NCBI GenBank assembly: GCA_000002435.2
Contig: CM018792.1
Direction: 5' to 3' (one strand)
DNA: 64,000 bases
From: Giardia intestinalis
Taxonomy: Eukaryota
Part shown: in pieces, positions 1 through 11,300 of the stretch
How positions within the stretch are numbered: position 1 is the stretch's first letter
Layout: the number at the start of each line of letters is the position of its first letter
The notes under the pieces: generated by a model
Told to the model about the DNA's origin: nothing
The model's database searches: none
The model's input: only the letters and a program-made list of their open reading frames with translations
Position numbers and translations under genes: made by a program

Positions 1-2
1 TT

Positions 3-1412
3 TTGTTGATACGGAAGATCCTCACCCATATTCTTGTTACACAGAGTGCCCCGGACCCTTTGCGCATACGTTCACGCTTGAACATAGAGGACATACAAAG
101 GAGCAGCCCAGCATTACTGGATGTGATCCGTAATTCCATCAAAGTGATCTCTTTATCTGTCTTTATCCGTGTCCAACAGAAGGTTTGTCCCAGGCTCACG
201 TGGCTACTCCCATTCGTTCCCTACGCTCATATACTCTTCTTACTAGATGGATGCGAGGCACAACATGTGCAATACTCGTGCTTAGGCCTCTGTTTCAACT
301 CCGTTAATGTTCCACCTATCAGGTATTCTTTATCGCTCTCAAGCTCAAACAGCTTTATTCAGAACAGTCCAACAAGCGTGACACTGAAGGAAAATAAGCC
401 AGAGGTTCTTCCTCCCTGTTTGCCATCATTCTTCGAGCTGGGAACATCTCCTTTGGAGCCTTCTCTCCGCGACATACTTACGCAATTCTCGCCCGATACA
501 AGTCTCCTGGGTCATCTGTTTTTACTTCCTACGTGCGCTCTGGTTAATAAAGCATGCGCCTCTCACGCTGCCTTGAAGGATGGGCATCTTGTGTGTGAAG
601 CAGGTACATGCACAGCTTGGAAGGCTCCCAGCCCCAGTCTTCTTCAGGCCCTTCAGGTGTATGCAAAACAAGTACATGATGCCCTCCTTCTTCTCAACGG
701 AGTAGAAGCAAGAGTACTCAAGGAGCCTCAAACGTGTGCTAGAGCCAAGTTGACCCAGCAACTGACAGAAATACTCGCTGATTTAACATTTGCGTATGAT
801 GATGTGTCTGTCATACTTCCGTTTTATCGTGATACAGCTCCCATTTTGCACCTAAAGCACGCCTATCTTGCACTCATGCAGAGCACTAAGATCTGCAACC
901 ACTGCTTCGGGGGTTCCGTTGTTGTGCAGGTAGAGGCAATCCTTAGCCACTCTCCATTTACAGAGACAGGACTTGTAGATATGGTTCTGAGCTTACTCCG
1001 TACATGGGTCCGGCTTGAAACCCAACACTCCTACAATGTGGTTATAGCGATGTTCGAGCCCATATGCCTGTGTAACGCATACTTACTACAGAAGTTGGAG
1101 AGGATGGCGCCTCCTCCTATCAAAAGAAGCGCGTCCGAGAACCCCTCCGACGATGCGCTACAAAGGTTGAAGCAAGCAGCAGATGCACTGGTCCCACAGC
1201 ATATTAAGCTATTAGGAGTTATAGAAGAAGTGTACGGGTTCGCTGACACACTTCAATTGAGAGCAAAAGAAGGCCCGCTAATCACAGCATACGATTGCCT
1301 TGAAAAGCTCATAGGTCAAGTTGAGGCACGGCTGGAGGACATAGAATCGTGGACAGACGCGGGCCAGGCTGAGGGTCCGGACTTCGAGGTCCGCGGAATT
1401 CCCATCGCGTAG
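3..1412 (+). CDS. Hypothetical protein, 5'-partial (ORF runs off the window start)
   Basis: Uninterrupted 469-codon ORF open to the window edge; no recognisable motifs. AGTAAAT motif about 35 bp past the stop, resembling the Giardia AGTRAAY poly(A) signal. Confidence 0.45.
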   Translation: MLIRKILTHILVTQSAPDPLRIRSRLNIEDIQRSSPALLDVIRNSIKVISLSVFIRVQQKVCPRLTWLLPFVPYAHILFLLDGCEAQHVQYSCLGLCFNSVNVPPIRYSLSLSSSNSFIQNSPTSVTLKENKPEVLPPCLPSFFELGTSPLEPSLRDILTQFSPDTSLLGHLFLLPTCALVNKACASHAALKDGHLVCEAGTCTAWKAPSPSLLQALQVYAKQVHDALLLLNGVEARVLKEPQTCARAKLTQQLTEILADLTFAYDDVSVILPFYRDTAPILHLKHAYLALMQSTKICNHCFGGSVVVQVEAILSHSPFTETGLVDMVLSLLRTWVRLETQHSYNVVIAMFEPICLCNAYLLQKLERMAPPPIKRSASENPSDDALQRLKQAADALVPQHIKLLGVIEEVYGFADTLQLRAKEGPLITAYDCLEKLIGQVEARLEDIESWTDAGQAEGPDFEVRGIPIA

Positions 1413-1462
1413 GGTAGTGTAGGGTACGCATCCATCTAATTGCATTTTAAAAGTAAATCACT

Positions 1463-4400
1463 ATGGAGCCTTGTGCATTGTGCGGCTCGTTGGCAGAACC
1501 CCTCGTAAGATGTGGGGCATGCAGAGAGGTCTATTGCAACAACTTTGACCACAAAACGAGCCATATAGTACGGCATTTGCAGCTCACAGGTCACGATCAC
1601 ATAGAGCCTGTCTCCGAATTCTATATCCCCTCAGATGTACTCTATTGTAACGACTGTGAGACCAAGGGAATAACCAGTTTGGGCTTCCTTCCGACAAAAG
1701 CCGACGCATGCTCCGGGATAATATGCTGTGTGAACTGCCGGATGTACCACGACCAGACCCATGATACCTCCGCGTGGCGTCCCATAATTTCCACACACAT
1801 AGATTCCCGCTTCTTTCCTGGACACGAGGAGGCCGAAAACCAAGGTGATGAGCCTAATGTTGGAGATTGCACCTTCACGGGCGTTGAAAGTTATTACACT
1901 CCCCTGCCTAGCACAGAGATGACGTCGAAGGATAGCATCGTTCCCTCTGTGCATGACATTTTGAACGACGATCTCCTGTTTACAATGGACACTTACAGGT
2001 CAAATCTCTTTTCATCACTCTCTCCTATGGAAGCCCAACCGCACGAGCGTCAGACATTTTTAGAAATGATAGAGGATAGAGCGGCAAGCAAAGTTAACGA
2101 CCATTTGAAGCTAGTTGATGAGGATGTACCCGTCGTGACAGACACTGCCCTGGAGAGGCTGACCAAGCAATCAGATGCAACCCGCAATCGCAGACGCATT
2201 ATCAAGAAGTCATGCATCGATGATGAGACAGCGCGCCAGGAGATTCTGGCGAGCATAGTACTGGCCATTCCCTACAACATGGAGCCTCAGACACTAGAGG
2301 CTGTCACGGCTAGAGGATGTCCTGCAATGGTTATGTGGGCTATTATTGATGGCCTACTCCCCGGCTTTGACTTCGCCATTCCTCGCGACAAGAGCACTCA
2401 CGTCAGGACGTTTGTTTCGAAGACTGATCGTTGCCACATTCTTTCTCACTTCTACTGCAGAAGAAAGCTACATTATTTCCACTACATGCTCCCGATTTTG
2501 GCCCTAGAGCGTCTGATCACCCGCGATCAGCTAGAGAAGAACCAGGTGCCAGTGAAGGGCGTGCAGTTCAGATGTCTTCGAGGGCGATGGTCTGTCAATA
2601 ACTTTGACAAAAGCGGCCTCGCTACCATCTGTGGTGCGATGTGGGAGGTGCTAATTCCCATACAAGATATCTCTATGGACATCAAGATCTATAAAGGAGA
2701 GAACTTTATTTTGAGAATTATCGATTATCAGGGTGAGAACCCGAAGGGCTTTACCCTATATAATGGCATACTAGAGATTCCGCTCTTATGTACGTCTGTC
2801 AACGGTGACAATGTCGCCTTTTTTGTTCACCAGAATTCGGAGTTGCAGACTTCTATGCCATATAACTGCGTCAACTATGAACTTATGGTGAAGGAGGATG
2901 TGGTAGAACCCCTCACCAGCGAAATGGCTATCGATCTCAAGTTTACCGACATTGCGTCTCCCGCCTCTTACAAGCACTCTCACTTTATTTCTAAACCAAA
3001 TTTGCAGTATGAAATTGTAAAGTGCGACAACGATGCAACGTATAAGCGACACGTTTCTGCCATTGCGCGATTGTGTGCTTACAACCCGTCTGTATGGAGT
3101 TATCTTACCTCTAAGAAGTGGACCCGTGTGTTGAATTTGTCTTCCGAAGACTTCGTGGACTCTTCCAGTGAGAGAGTTCGACTGACTTCTTTTGACTGTT
3201 TTATCCGCTTTATTCTCCTAGCGGACTACCGCATGGCACATGCGTTTATGGACCTTTATAAGCAGGGAGTTGTCACCAGATACGGGGAGGTGTTGGACGG
3301 CATTAAGACAAGGACAACTGACAGAAAAGCAGTCAAGGATGTCATTCCCCAGGATAAATATTCGGCCAACTCCGATCCCCTTATCGTCCACAAGTTTTTC
3401 AATCTCGAGGAGCAATTTAAGCAACTTAACATGGATGTTACTGCAGAGCTGGATCGTAATGAGCAGATGCTCATTGAAAGCCGAGGCAACTCGCGCTCTA
3501 CTAAGGGACTTCAAAGCTCTTCAGGCTCTAGTTCTTTCTGCCGCGAGGGGATAGATGCATTTCAAATCTTGTCCTTTGCTGCGACTAACCAAAAGAAGAA
3601 GCTCTCTACGTTGCCCTGGAATACACCGTATAAAGCGATGGAAGAGGACAATCTAGACCCAGGCTTGATTGAGAAGTATGCAAACAACTTTGCTCATCTA
3701 ACCAAGGGCGTTAAGGTGCGCTCTTCCGAGGATTTTGATATCAACGAGGTTCTTAAGCGTGCAAGCTGTCTCATGCCGAAAACTCTAAGATCCAAAGCTG
3801 ACACTGAACGCTTGATTAGTGAGTTGTCGGCTTTTCTGGACACACTAGAGGAAAAGGTGACCTTGAACTTTTCACAGAAGGATGTTATCCAGTATGTTCT
3901 TTCTCGACCTATTACGCTAGTACAAGGCCCTCCGGGTTGTGGAAAGACCTTCATTGGCGCGTGCCTTGCTTGGCTCTTCAGCAAGGTATACGGGTCATTA
4001 GACCACGATTCAGGCTCTTTTCGTCAGGCCACGCCAGTACCTGTGCTTATCTGCTGTCCCTCAAACACGGCTGCTGAAAGTTTAACTCTTGCACTGGAAC
4101 CCTTCGGCCTACCTGTTGTGAGGGTTGTGAGCCTTGCGCGACAGCGCTTGGCAGAATATGAAGAGTCGCCGAATACGTATGCAGACAGAGTGTGCCTTCA
4201 TGTACTGTTCGAGGAGATCCTCAAGCTGACCTTGGGTGATGACGCTCCATCCGATTTTACACCTAGCAAAGAAGCGCGCCTAATCTACGAGAACATGTTA
4301 GATGAGATTCCTGTCAAACAGTTTAACGAAGTGTACAACTACCTGCAGATGAAGAAGAAGGAGAATATCGACGTTGCTCTAAAGCAGTCTGCGGAGGAAG

Positions 4401-5377
4401 AGATATCCAAGGCAATGTTTGAGATAGAAAACATAATTATTTCATCCGCCAAAGTTGTTGTCTGCACTTGCAGCACGTCATACGACAATCATCTATCTCG
4501 CGTTCACTTCTCGTCACTCATCGTCGATGAGTCAACCCAAGCTATCGAGCCAGACACCCTCTGCGCCATAGGCCACGGCTGTTCACACATCGTCCTTATG
4601 GGAGATCACAAGCAGCTTGGGCCGATTGTAGCAACGAACATTGCGAGACACTCTAAACTTGATCTGTCGCTTTACGAAAGGCTCCAGCGAGCCGGGATTG
4701 AACCGCATTCCTTAACAGTGCAGTATCGTATGCATCCGGCTTTATCAGCCTTTCCATCTAACACATTCTACAATGGAATGCTACAGAATGGAGTCACACA
4801 GGCGGACAGGCAGCTCATCCCCAAGCCCTTATCAATTGACTCGTTCCCGTGGCCCATTCCCTCAACTCCGTCATTCTTTTGGCACGTTCAAGGAACACAT
4901 GAGATAGGCCACGGTACATCTCTTCGTAACGATACTGAGATTCTGTGCGTAGAAGCCATTGTTGACCAGCTACTAAAATGCTACGAATTAAAGCAGAGTG
5001 ACATTGGTATAGTGACCCCTTATGACTATCAGAAGTGTCAGATAGAGATGCAGCTCAAGGACGCTGGGTATTCAGAGGTTTTCGTCAACAGTGTTGATGC
5101 GTTTCAAGGCCACGAAAAGGAGGTAATCATCTTTAGTACTGTCAGATCGGTTGATAAACATATAGGATTTTTGAAGGATCAAAGAAGGCTTAATGTCGGT
5201 CTGACACGCTGCCGCTGCGCGCTCATAATAGTTGGCAACGCAACTGCTCTCGCCATTGATAGTACTTGGCGTTCGTTGATTCAACATTACTATAACAACA
5301 AAGTTCTTGTGATGGGGAGAGATCTGGATCAGTTATTCCAGATTGAGTCTCTCGACGAGGTAATTCCTAAGGCATAG
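1463..5377 (+). CDS. UPF1: UPF1-like superfamily-1 RNA helicase (regulator of nonsense transcripts 1 homolog)
   Basis: N-terminal Cys/His-rich CH-type zinc knuckle (CALCGS..CGAC..YCNDCE..CCVNC). C-terminal SF1 helicase motifs: GPPGCGKTF (Walker A), DESTQA (II), QYRMHP (IV), VDAFQGHEKE, NVGLTRCR. AT-rich stretch aaaagtaaatcact directly before the ATG. Confidence 0.8.
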   Translation: MEPCALCGSLAEPLVRCGACREVYCNNFDHKTSHIVRHLQLTGHDHIEPVSEFYIPSDVLYCNDCETKGITSLGFLPTKADACSGIICCVNCRMYHDQTHDTSAWRPIISTHIDSRFFPGHEEAENQGDEPNVGDCTFTGVESYYTPLPSTEMTSKDSIVPSVHDILNDDLLFTMDTYRSNLFSSLSPMEAQPHERQTFLEMIEDRAASKVNDHLKLVDEDVPVVTDTALERLTKQSDATRNRRRIIKKSCIDDETARQEILASIVLAIPYNMEPQTLEAVTARGCPAMVMWAIIDGLLPGFDFAIPRDKSTHVRTFVSKTDRCHILSHFYCRRKLHYFHYMLPILALERLITRDQLEKNQVPVKGVQFRCLRGRWSVNNFDKSGLATICGAMWEVLIPIQDISMDIKIYKGENFILRIIDYQGENPKGFTLYNGILEIPLLCTSVNGDNVAFFVHQNSELQTSMPYNCVNYELMVKEDVVEPLTSEMAIDLKFTDIASPASYKHSHFISKPNLQYEIVKCDNDATYKRHVSAIARLCAYNPSVWSYLTSKKWTRVLNLSSEDFVDSSSERVRLTSFDCFIRFILLADYRMAHAFMDLYKQGVVTRYGEVLDGIKTRTTDRKAVKDVIPQDKYSANSDPLIVHKFFNLEEQFKQLNMDVTAELDRNEQMLIESRGNSRSTKGLQSSSGSSSFCREGIDAFQILSFAATNQKKKLSTLPWNTPYKAMEEDNLDPGLIEKYANNFAHLTKGVKVRSSEDFDINEVLKRASCLMPKTLRSKADTERLISELSAFLDTLEEKVTLNFSQKDVIQYVLSRPITLVQGPPGCGKTFIGACLAWLFSKVYGSLDHDSGSFRQATPVPVLICCPSNTAAESLTLALEPFGLPVVRVVSLARQRLAEYEESPNTYADRVCLHVLFEEILKLTLGDDAPSDFTPSKEARLIYENMLDEIPVKQFNEVYNYLQMKKKENIDVALKQSAEEEISKAMFEIENIIISSAKVVVCTCSTSYDNHLSRVHFSSLIVDESTQAIEPDTLCAIGHGCSHIVLMGDHKQLGPIVATNIARHSKLDLSLYERLQRAGIEPHSLTVQYRMHPALSAFPSNTFYNGMLQNGVTQADRQLIPKPLSIDSFPWPIPSTPSFFWHVQGTHEIGHGTSLRNDTEILCVEAIVDQLLKCYELKQSDIGIVTPYDYQKCQIEMQLKDAGYSEVFVNSVDAFQGHEKEVIIFSTVRSVDKHIGFLKDQRRLNVGLTRCRCALIIVGNATALAIDSTWRSLIQHYYNNKVLVMGRDLDQLFQIESLDEVIPKA

Positions 5378-5397
5378 CCCCTAGAATATGCTCATCA

Positions 5398-8300
5398 CTA
5401 GGGTAGCATGTTCAGTGCTCCAAGCAGTGCGGAGCATTCCTCCACACAAATATCCTTTTGCAGTGTGCTTTGCATTTTTTGCTCCAATTGCAATGCATAC
5501 CTTTTTACCAATGTTATAGCGTGGTGGTCTGCGCCCGCGTCCTCAGCTTGAGTGATTAAGTGCATGATTATTATTGTTAAGTATTCCGTAGCTGCGGGGA
5601 GCCCTGCCATGTCTGCTCCCGGGTTTGTATGCAGAGTTATATACTCGTACATCCCGCTAATAAGCACGTAAGCTTTAGTTTCTTTGATGTTCATTGTTAT
5701 GTAAGATAGATCCTCTGCTGTGATAACGACGTTGCGGAGAGTGAGGACCGCCAAAGTCATACACTTCTCCACTTTGGCTTGAAGTGGCGCGTGGATGGAA
5801 CTCTCTTGATTGCCTGCCAAGCATCTTTTATAGTACTGAGTTAGCTGCTGAAGAAACTCTGCAATCAGCACTAGCAAATGATTATTTGACTCACGGAATA
5901 TGTTAGAACATTCGCGGAGTAGAGCCATGTCGGCGTATATCGATAGGATCTCTCCTAGTGTCCCAGCCGCCATACTCCTATTGTCTAGATTGTCATCTGG
6001 TTGATTGAACGAATCATGCCTATCGTTCTTCAACTCATTCTCCAGAAGAGCTGCAACTAGCTTTTCAAAAGATGATATTAGGATATACATTGTGCTTTTC
6101 TTGATCAAGATGGCAGACACCTGCGTAGGTGCAGCACGCATGCTCAAGGCCAGTATCTCGGCTGCCATCTGAGCGTGGTTCCCATTGGGCTTTTGTATTG
6201 GGTTTGTGCACGATACCGGCGTTTCGTTGTCACTCATCTCGGAGTTGTTGGCGAAGCAGTGCAAAAGCAACGAAAGAAGGTATCTTCCAGGCCCAGTTGT
6301 AAACATTGATGTTTGCTCTGCTGGCTTGCGAACAAGGTGACTGAATACACAGTGCAGCACCTCCAGACTCATATCCGCCAGAGAGCGGACTAGATCTGTA
6401 AGACTGCGGGCACGCTTTATTAACCTAAACAGTGAGAGCCACAGTGATACTGCAGCGTTGCCCTCACTTTCTCTTGCTAAGTCCTCATACGGCTGAATAA
6501 GAGATTTGTAAAGTACCGGGTTTCTGACAGCAACAGCCAAACAGACACAAAGGAAGACCAGAAAATCATTTCCATTAACGAGCAGAACATTCGTTAAAGA
6601 CTCCTCAATAAACATAGAATGGCAAGGATTCTTGATAACATTAATGATTGCTTTGAAAATGCGCACGACGCACTTTATTTGTAAATCGTATTCTTTATCC
6701 TTATCAGGCGTCTGTAGCAGACCAATGTGCGAGAGTGTTCCAACATATGTGTAGAGCAGAATATACACGCAATCAGCTTCTGCAAACCCAAATTGAGAAA
6801 GACTATATAGGATTGAGATGGCTTTTTTGAACGAGATGTCGTTACTTTTGGGTGCAGTCTCTGAAATGCTCTGGAAGCAATTGAGTAGGATCGTGCATAC
6901 AGTAATAACCACTGTCCCCGCTCTCTCACTGGAGGTTTCGTCAACGGGTGTGGATAAGGCCAGGTGTGTAATGTTATGGGCAGTAACAGAAGGCCGTTTG
7001 GAGCCCTTCTTCTTCGAGATATTGTCTGGCATCTTAGCAAATGTCTCCTCATGCATGCACATGCAAAGATATGTGTAGAGGGTATTTGCTATCGAAAAGA
7101 GAAGGGGTAAAGGGTCACTTGTCCCCAGGATCTGTCGATAGTCGGGCATAGCTGTCTCAATTAAGGCATTGACAAGGGCACTAAACGGGGCCGAAAACTC
7201 TTTGAATAGGTTAAGACGATTGAAGAGAATCATAAGGCTGGTGAGGAATGAAGAGAGGCGGAGATAGAATGACTCAGTGATGCTTAGGTGGTCTCTAGAG
7301 ATAAGAGCAGTCAGTGTGGTGATCATCTTTAGATAACTGGTTTGATACTGCACAAGTGATGTCAGTCCTCTTCGTTTCTGTGTTGACATGGCTTCGACCT
7401 CGTAAAGAAATTGCAAGCCAATGTCAAAGACGTCCAGCACAGGCTCTAGTAGCTCCTTTGCTGTATCAATTGTGAATACAGAAAGCAGATGTGCACAGAC
7501 ATCGGGGCTGAATGCGAAGGAGAAAAGCTCCTCTCCTGAGATGCCCTTTAGGGCTATCACAAACATACACCGATAAAGAAGAGAAATCCCGAGCCTTTTG
7601 AGCCGCTCATCAGCGCTCTCTATAGCGGTGGAGAGAGCAGAGAGTAACAGAGGATTGCATCGCTTGCCATCAGGCTCTTTAAAGATGTAGAGTAAAATAA
7701 TTTTATTTTTGACCAGATTGCTGGCCTCCTCTAAAAGTACTTCACTGTATGCTTCATGGCCAGACTCAAGATAAATCCGTAAGTCAACTAGCTCATCAAT
7801 CTGGGTAACCTCAGACTGCAGTACACTAGTGGGTGCAATGCAGTCAAAAAGGGAGGCTATAGCAGATAGAATAAGCAGTTGGGCATCCACAGAAGACGGC
7901 TCTCGCTGGGCTACATATGAAAGTGTGGCAGAGAGATTATCAAGATAAGCCAGAATTGATTTTTGAGATACCTTTCTTGCAGTAATGGGGTAACTATTGC
8001 GTTTCTCTTTGCGGAAGAGTGGATAGGGTTGCGATGCGCAGGAGGACGTGATTGACGCAGATACCTCAGCATCACCTGCGAGTAGGGTGCCTCTACACAG
8101 CCTTGTAATAACAAGATTGAGTACGTTGTATGCTGCCGTCGTCTCTCTCAAAACATCAACGTTTCTGCTGAGCGTGCGGAAAATGATGCTCTGCATATCA
8201 ATCGCCACAAAAAGTATGCGAAGGTCTGCTGGAGAAAAAAGAGTGTAGAGACAATCTGTCTTAACAAGAGAAAAATATAATGTAAAAAGATCATTTGGTC

Positions 8301-11300
8301 TGTAGAAATCCGCTACTGTGCGTGCGACAGCAAGCTGTCTATACAGGGAAAGCAGCAGAAATCCCAAGATGGTGTGGGACAGGGTCTCCACTGCACTTGC
8401 AAAGAGCCTGTCTTCCTTAGTAAGAAAAGGGAAAACATCAGCAATAAGACATAGTGCTGTGTGCGCCACAGAATCTATTATCTTATTGTGAAGCTCTGGG
8501 TCCAAGTTACTCAGTATGCTTACCTGCTTAGTCTTGCGCATCATCTCAGTGGAATAGACTATGCTGTCTTTTGAAGCGTCAAGGAAGGAGTCTATAAAAT
8601 CTTGGATGTGCAGATGATCATAGAGGGCTACTAGATTGATTAGAAGAGCCTCTAAGTTCAAGTGCATGATCTCATGGAAGTGGTGTTGGTTGAGAGTTTC
8701 ACCACAGTCTAAATCTAGCATATTAATAGTCATGCTAGCCTCAGTATTCACCGGGAGAAGTGGTGGGAGAAAGGTGCTTTGCTTAGGTGCCTCGAGAATT
8801 GGAGGTAGTAGAGCGATGAATCGAGATAGCAGTCTAGCCTGTTCAGTGCAGCACGTTGTTACTACTTGTAGTATGGATTGTTCTTCCATCTTTCTCCGTG
8901 ACGAACGCGTCAGCAATGACGTTACATCGAGAGCAGTAATAATCTCAAGGCCTAAGGATAAAGACATGATTGAGTCTCTCTTATTCTCGGTAAGCCCGTC
9001 AGGAATCTGTGGTATAAACCTAACTACAATGGAAACAAGGCCGCTGGCAATGACGTCTTTGAGAGCTGTCAATTCAGTGCTAGACTCTGTGGTATCATTC
9101 AAGAACTCCGCTAGATATTGCGTAAGCATTAGATATGTCGACAGATCAAGGTAGGTTTGCACGCTGGCATCTGTTAATTGCTTGAATATGTGAATGATAC
9201 TATTCACGCATGTGCTTGTGTAGGTAGTGAGTGGAGCAGTAAGAGGAGACTCTTGTGCAGAGCGATAGAATCGCACAACCCGCCTACCTAAGTAGACACT
9301 GCCCAACAGAGCAGCCCGATAGCAGGATTGGCGGATGAGAGATAGTGGAGGAGAAGTTGCCAACAAGGAAATGGAAGTGAAAGCTTCTAGAATACTTGTT
9401 AACACGTAGCTTATTCGCTGAATAAAGTCTCGAAGCAAAGTCTCCATTACTAGAAGAATGTGGAGCCTCAAGGAGGCGTCATTGGCCTTGGAGTCTCGTT
9501 GGTTAAGTGCTAGATGTCGTTCAGCTTCTATAGCAATAGCTTGGTGTAGTAGATCAAGATGCTCGTCCATAAAGACAAGAAGGATACAATTCATAAAGTG
9601 CACACACAAATCAGGATCAAATTCAAATAGGAATAGCGCCGATGACTGGAAAATGGAAATAAGTGTGCGAAGCAACATGATTAGTGGTTGAGCATTAAGC
9701 CAAAAGCGCCTTGATGCGTTATAGACAACAGCATCAACAGAAAGTTCCATGTCATGCTCAGTAATATTCCTATTGTAGCCTGGACCAATTGATTCTGTTG
9801 ATATTAACCAAGAAACGTTTCCAAAAAGCAAGTCTCTAACCAACGAATCGTTTCCTGATTCATAAAGACTCAATGATAAGAAAAATATGGTAATCTGTGC
9901 ATCTAGCTCATGCAGAAGACCGCCAAAGAGAAGGCGAGAGTCCTTTTCGCTAAAATTGGGGATTACCAGCTGGGAAATAGATGCATCAAGAGTGGCAGCC
10001 TGGTTAAATGTATCAATGATAATGAATGAGAGATAGAGAAGATTATAGACCATATCCCTTCGATCCATGGGTTTTCTATGGGCATACACTATGGCCTCAA
10101 GAGTGTCCTTGTGTGACGGGTAAGATTTGGCTAAGCTGTCACCATTCTGTACATGGGTTAGGAAGTACTTACTAACAGCCTGGTAATCAAATGTCGGTGC
10201 AGCGTGAAAGGGACTAAACTCCAGCAGATGCTCAGACACTCCCCGAGGGAAGCACCCAGATAGAACAATAAAGATAAGCTTTAGAATCTCTTGAAGTTGT
10301 TGATACAGTGATGTGCTCAGGACTACGCTAAGCTCCACGTTGCTTGATGTACTAAAGAAGCGCTTGAGAGGCGCGAGGGCAGGTGCACCGAAAAATATCC
10401 CAATAAAGCTACATACACTATCAAAATATAGCACCAATGCGGTTATGATGCTTTCAGCAAGCCTTTCATCTGATAAAATAACGCATTGATGGGCGCTAGA
10501 GAAAGAGATAACTCGATGGCTGAGAATCTGTTGAAGGATGTCCAAGTATCGGATGGAGTGATAAGGGTAAGACGTTTCTTCGATTGAAAAGCTGTCCTTG
10601 GGGGTCTGTCCACGGAGGTGTGCTCCAGGAGAATCTGTTACTCGTATGTCGTGCGAAAGCAGTTCATACGACAGTGTCACATTGCGTAAGACGAAAGTGT
10701 TAACAACAGAGAGAAGGCCAATAAGATCGTGGGCATGAAGTCTAGTGTGCGTGGGATAGAGAGCATGTGCAGATAGGTTTGTAAGAGTCCGGTCCAGAAT
10801 GTCCTCCTTCATGGGTGACATCATCAGAGTAGTCAGCACATTGTTATTGAGGAGAACCACATCATAGAAGAGTCTGAACACATGACTAAAGGACTCATCG
10901 AATACAGACGTGTGCATATACAGACACAGAATCTCTGGGCTAAATGCACGACCAGCATCATTAGACTGTGCGGCAGACGTCTCTGTTGACAGGATAGTAG
11001 GGGAGTCTAAGTGTGAGTCCAGCTGATTAGCGAGCTCTGTTCTGCAAAGTGTGGACGTGCTTCTGTGGGGCAGAGTGAAACCTCCTGGGCCATCTCCATC
11101 AGCAGATGTGGATAACTGACAGAATAGCAGCTTTTCTTTGCACGTGGACCAAACCCCTGCGTCAGTAAACGATAAAGTGAAAAGACTAGTCTCCGAGGTA
11201 TAGACGGTGATCCTCAGATTAGAACTGCTATCAATCCCGTATGTAGTTATATCTTTCCAGATAATGGCGCCATCCTGACCTATAATGTGAGCAGAGAAAG

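Noticed and set aside
522-5287. Numerous 60-140 aa ORFs antisense or out of frame within the large CDSs (for example 522..761, 1631..1954, 3218..3514)
   Set aside because: They are short, lack AT-rich initiator context and sit inside long, motif-bearing ORFs. This is the expected background in 48-50% GC DNA.
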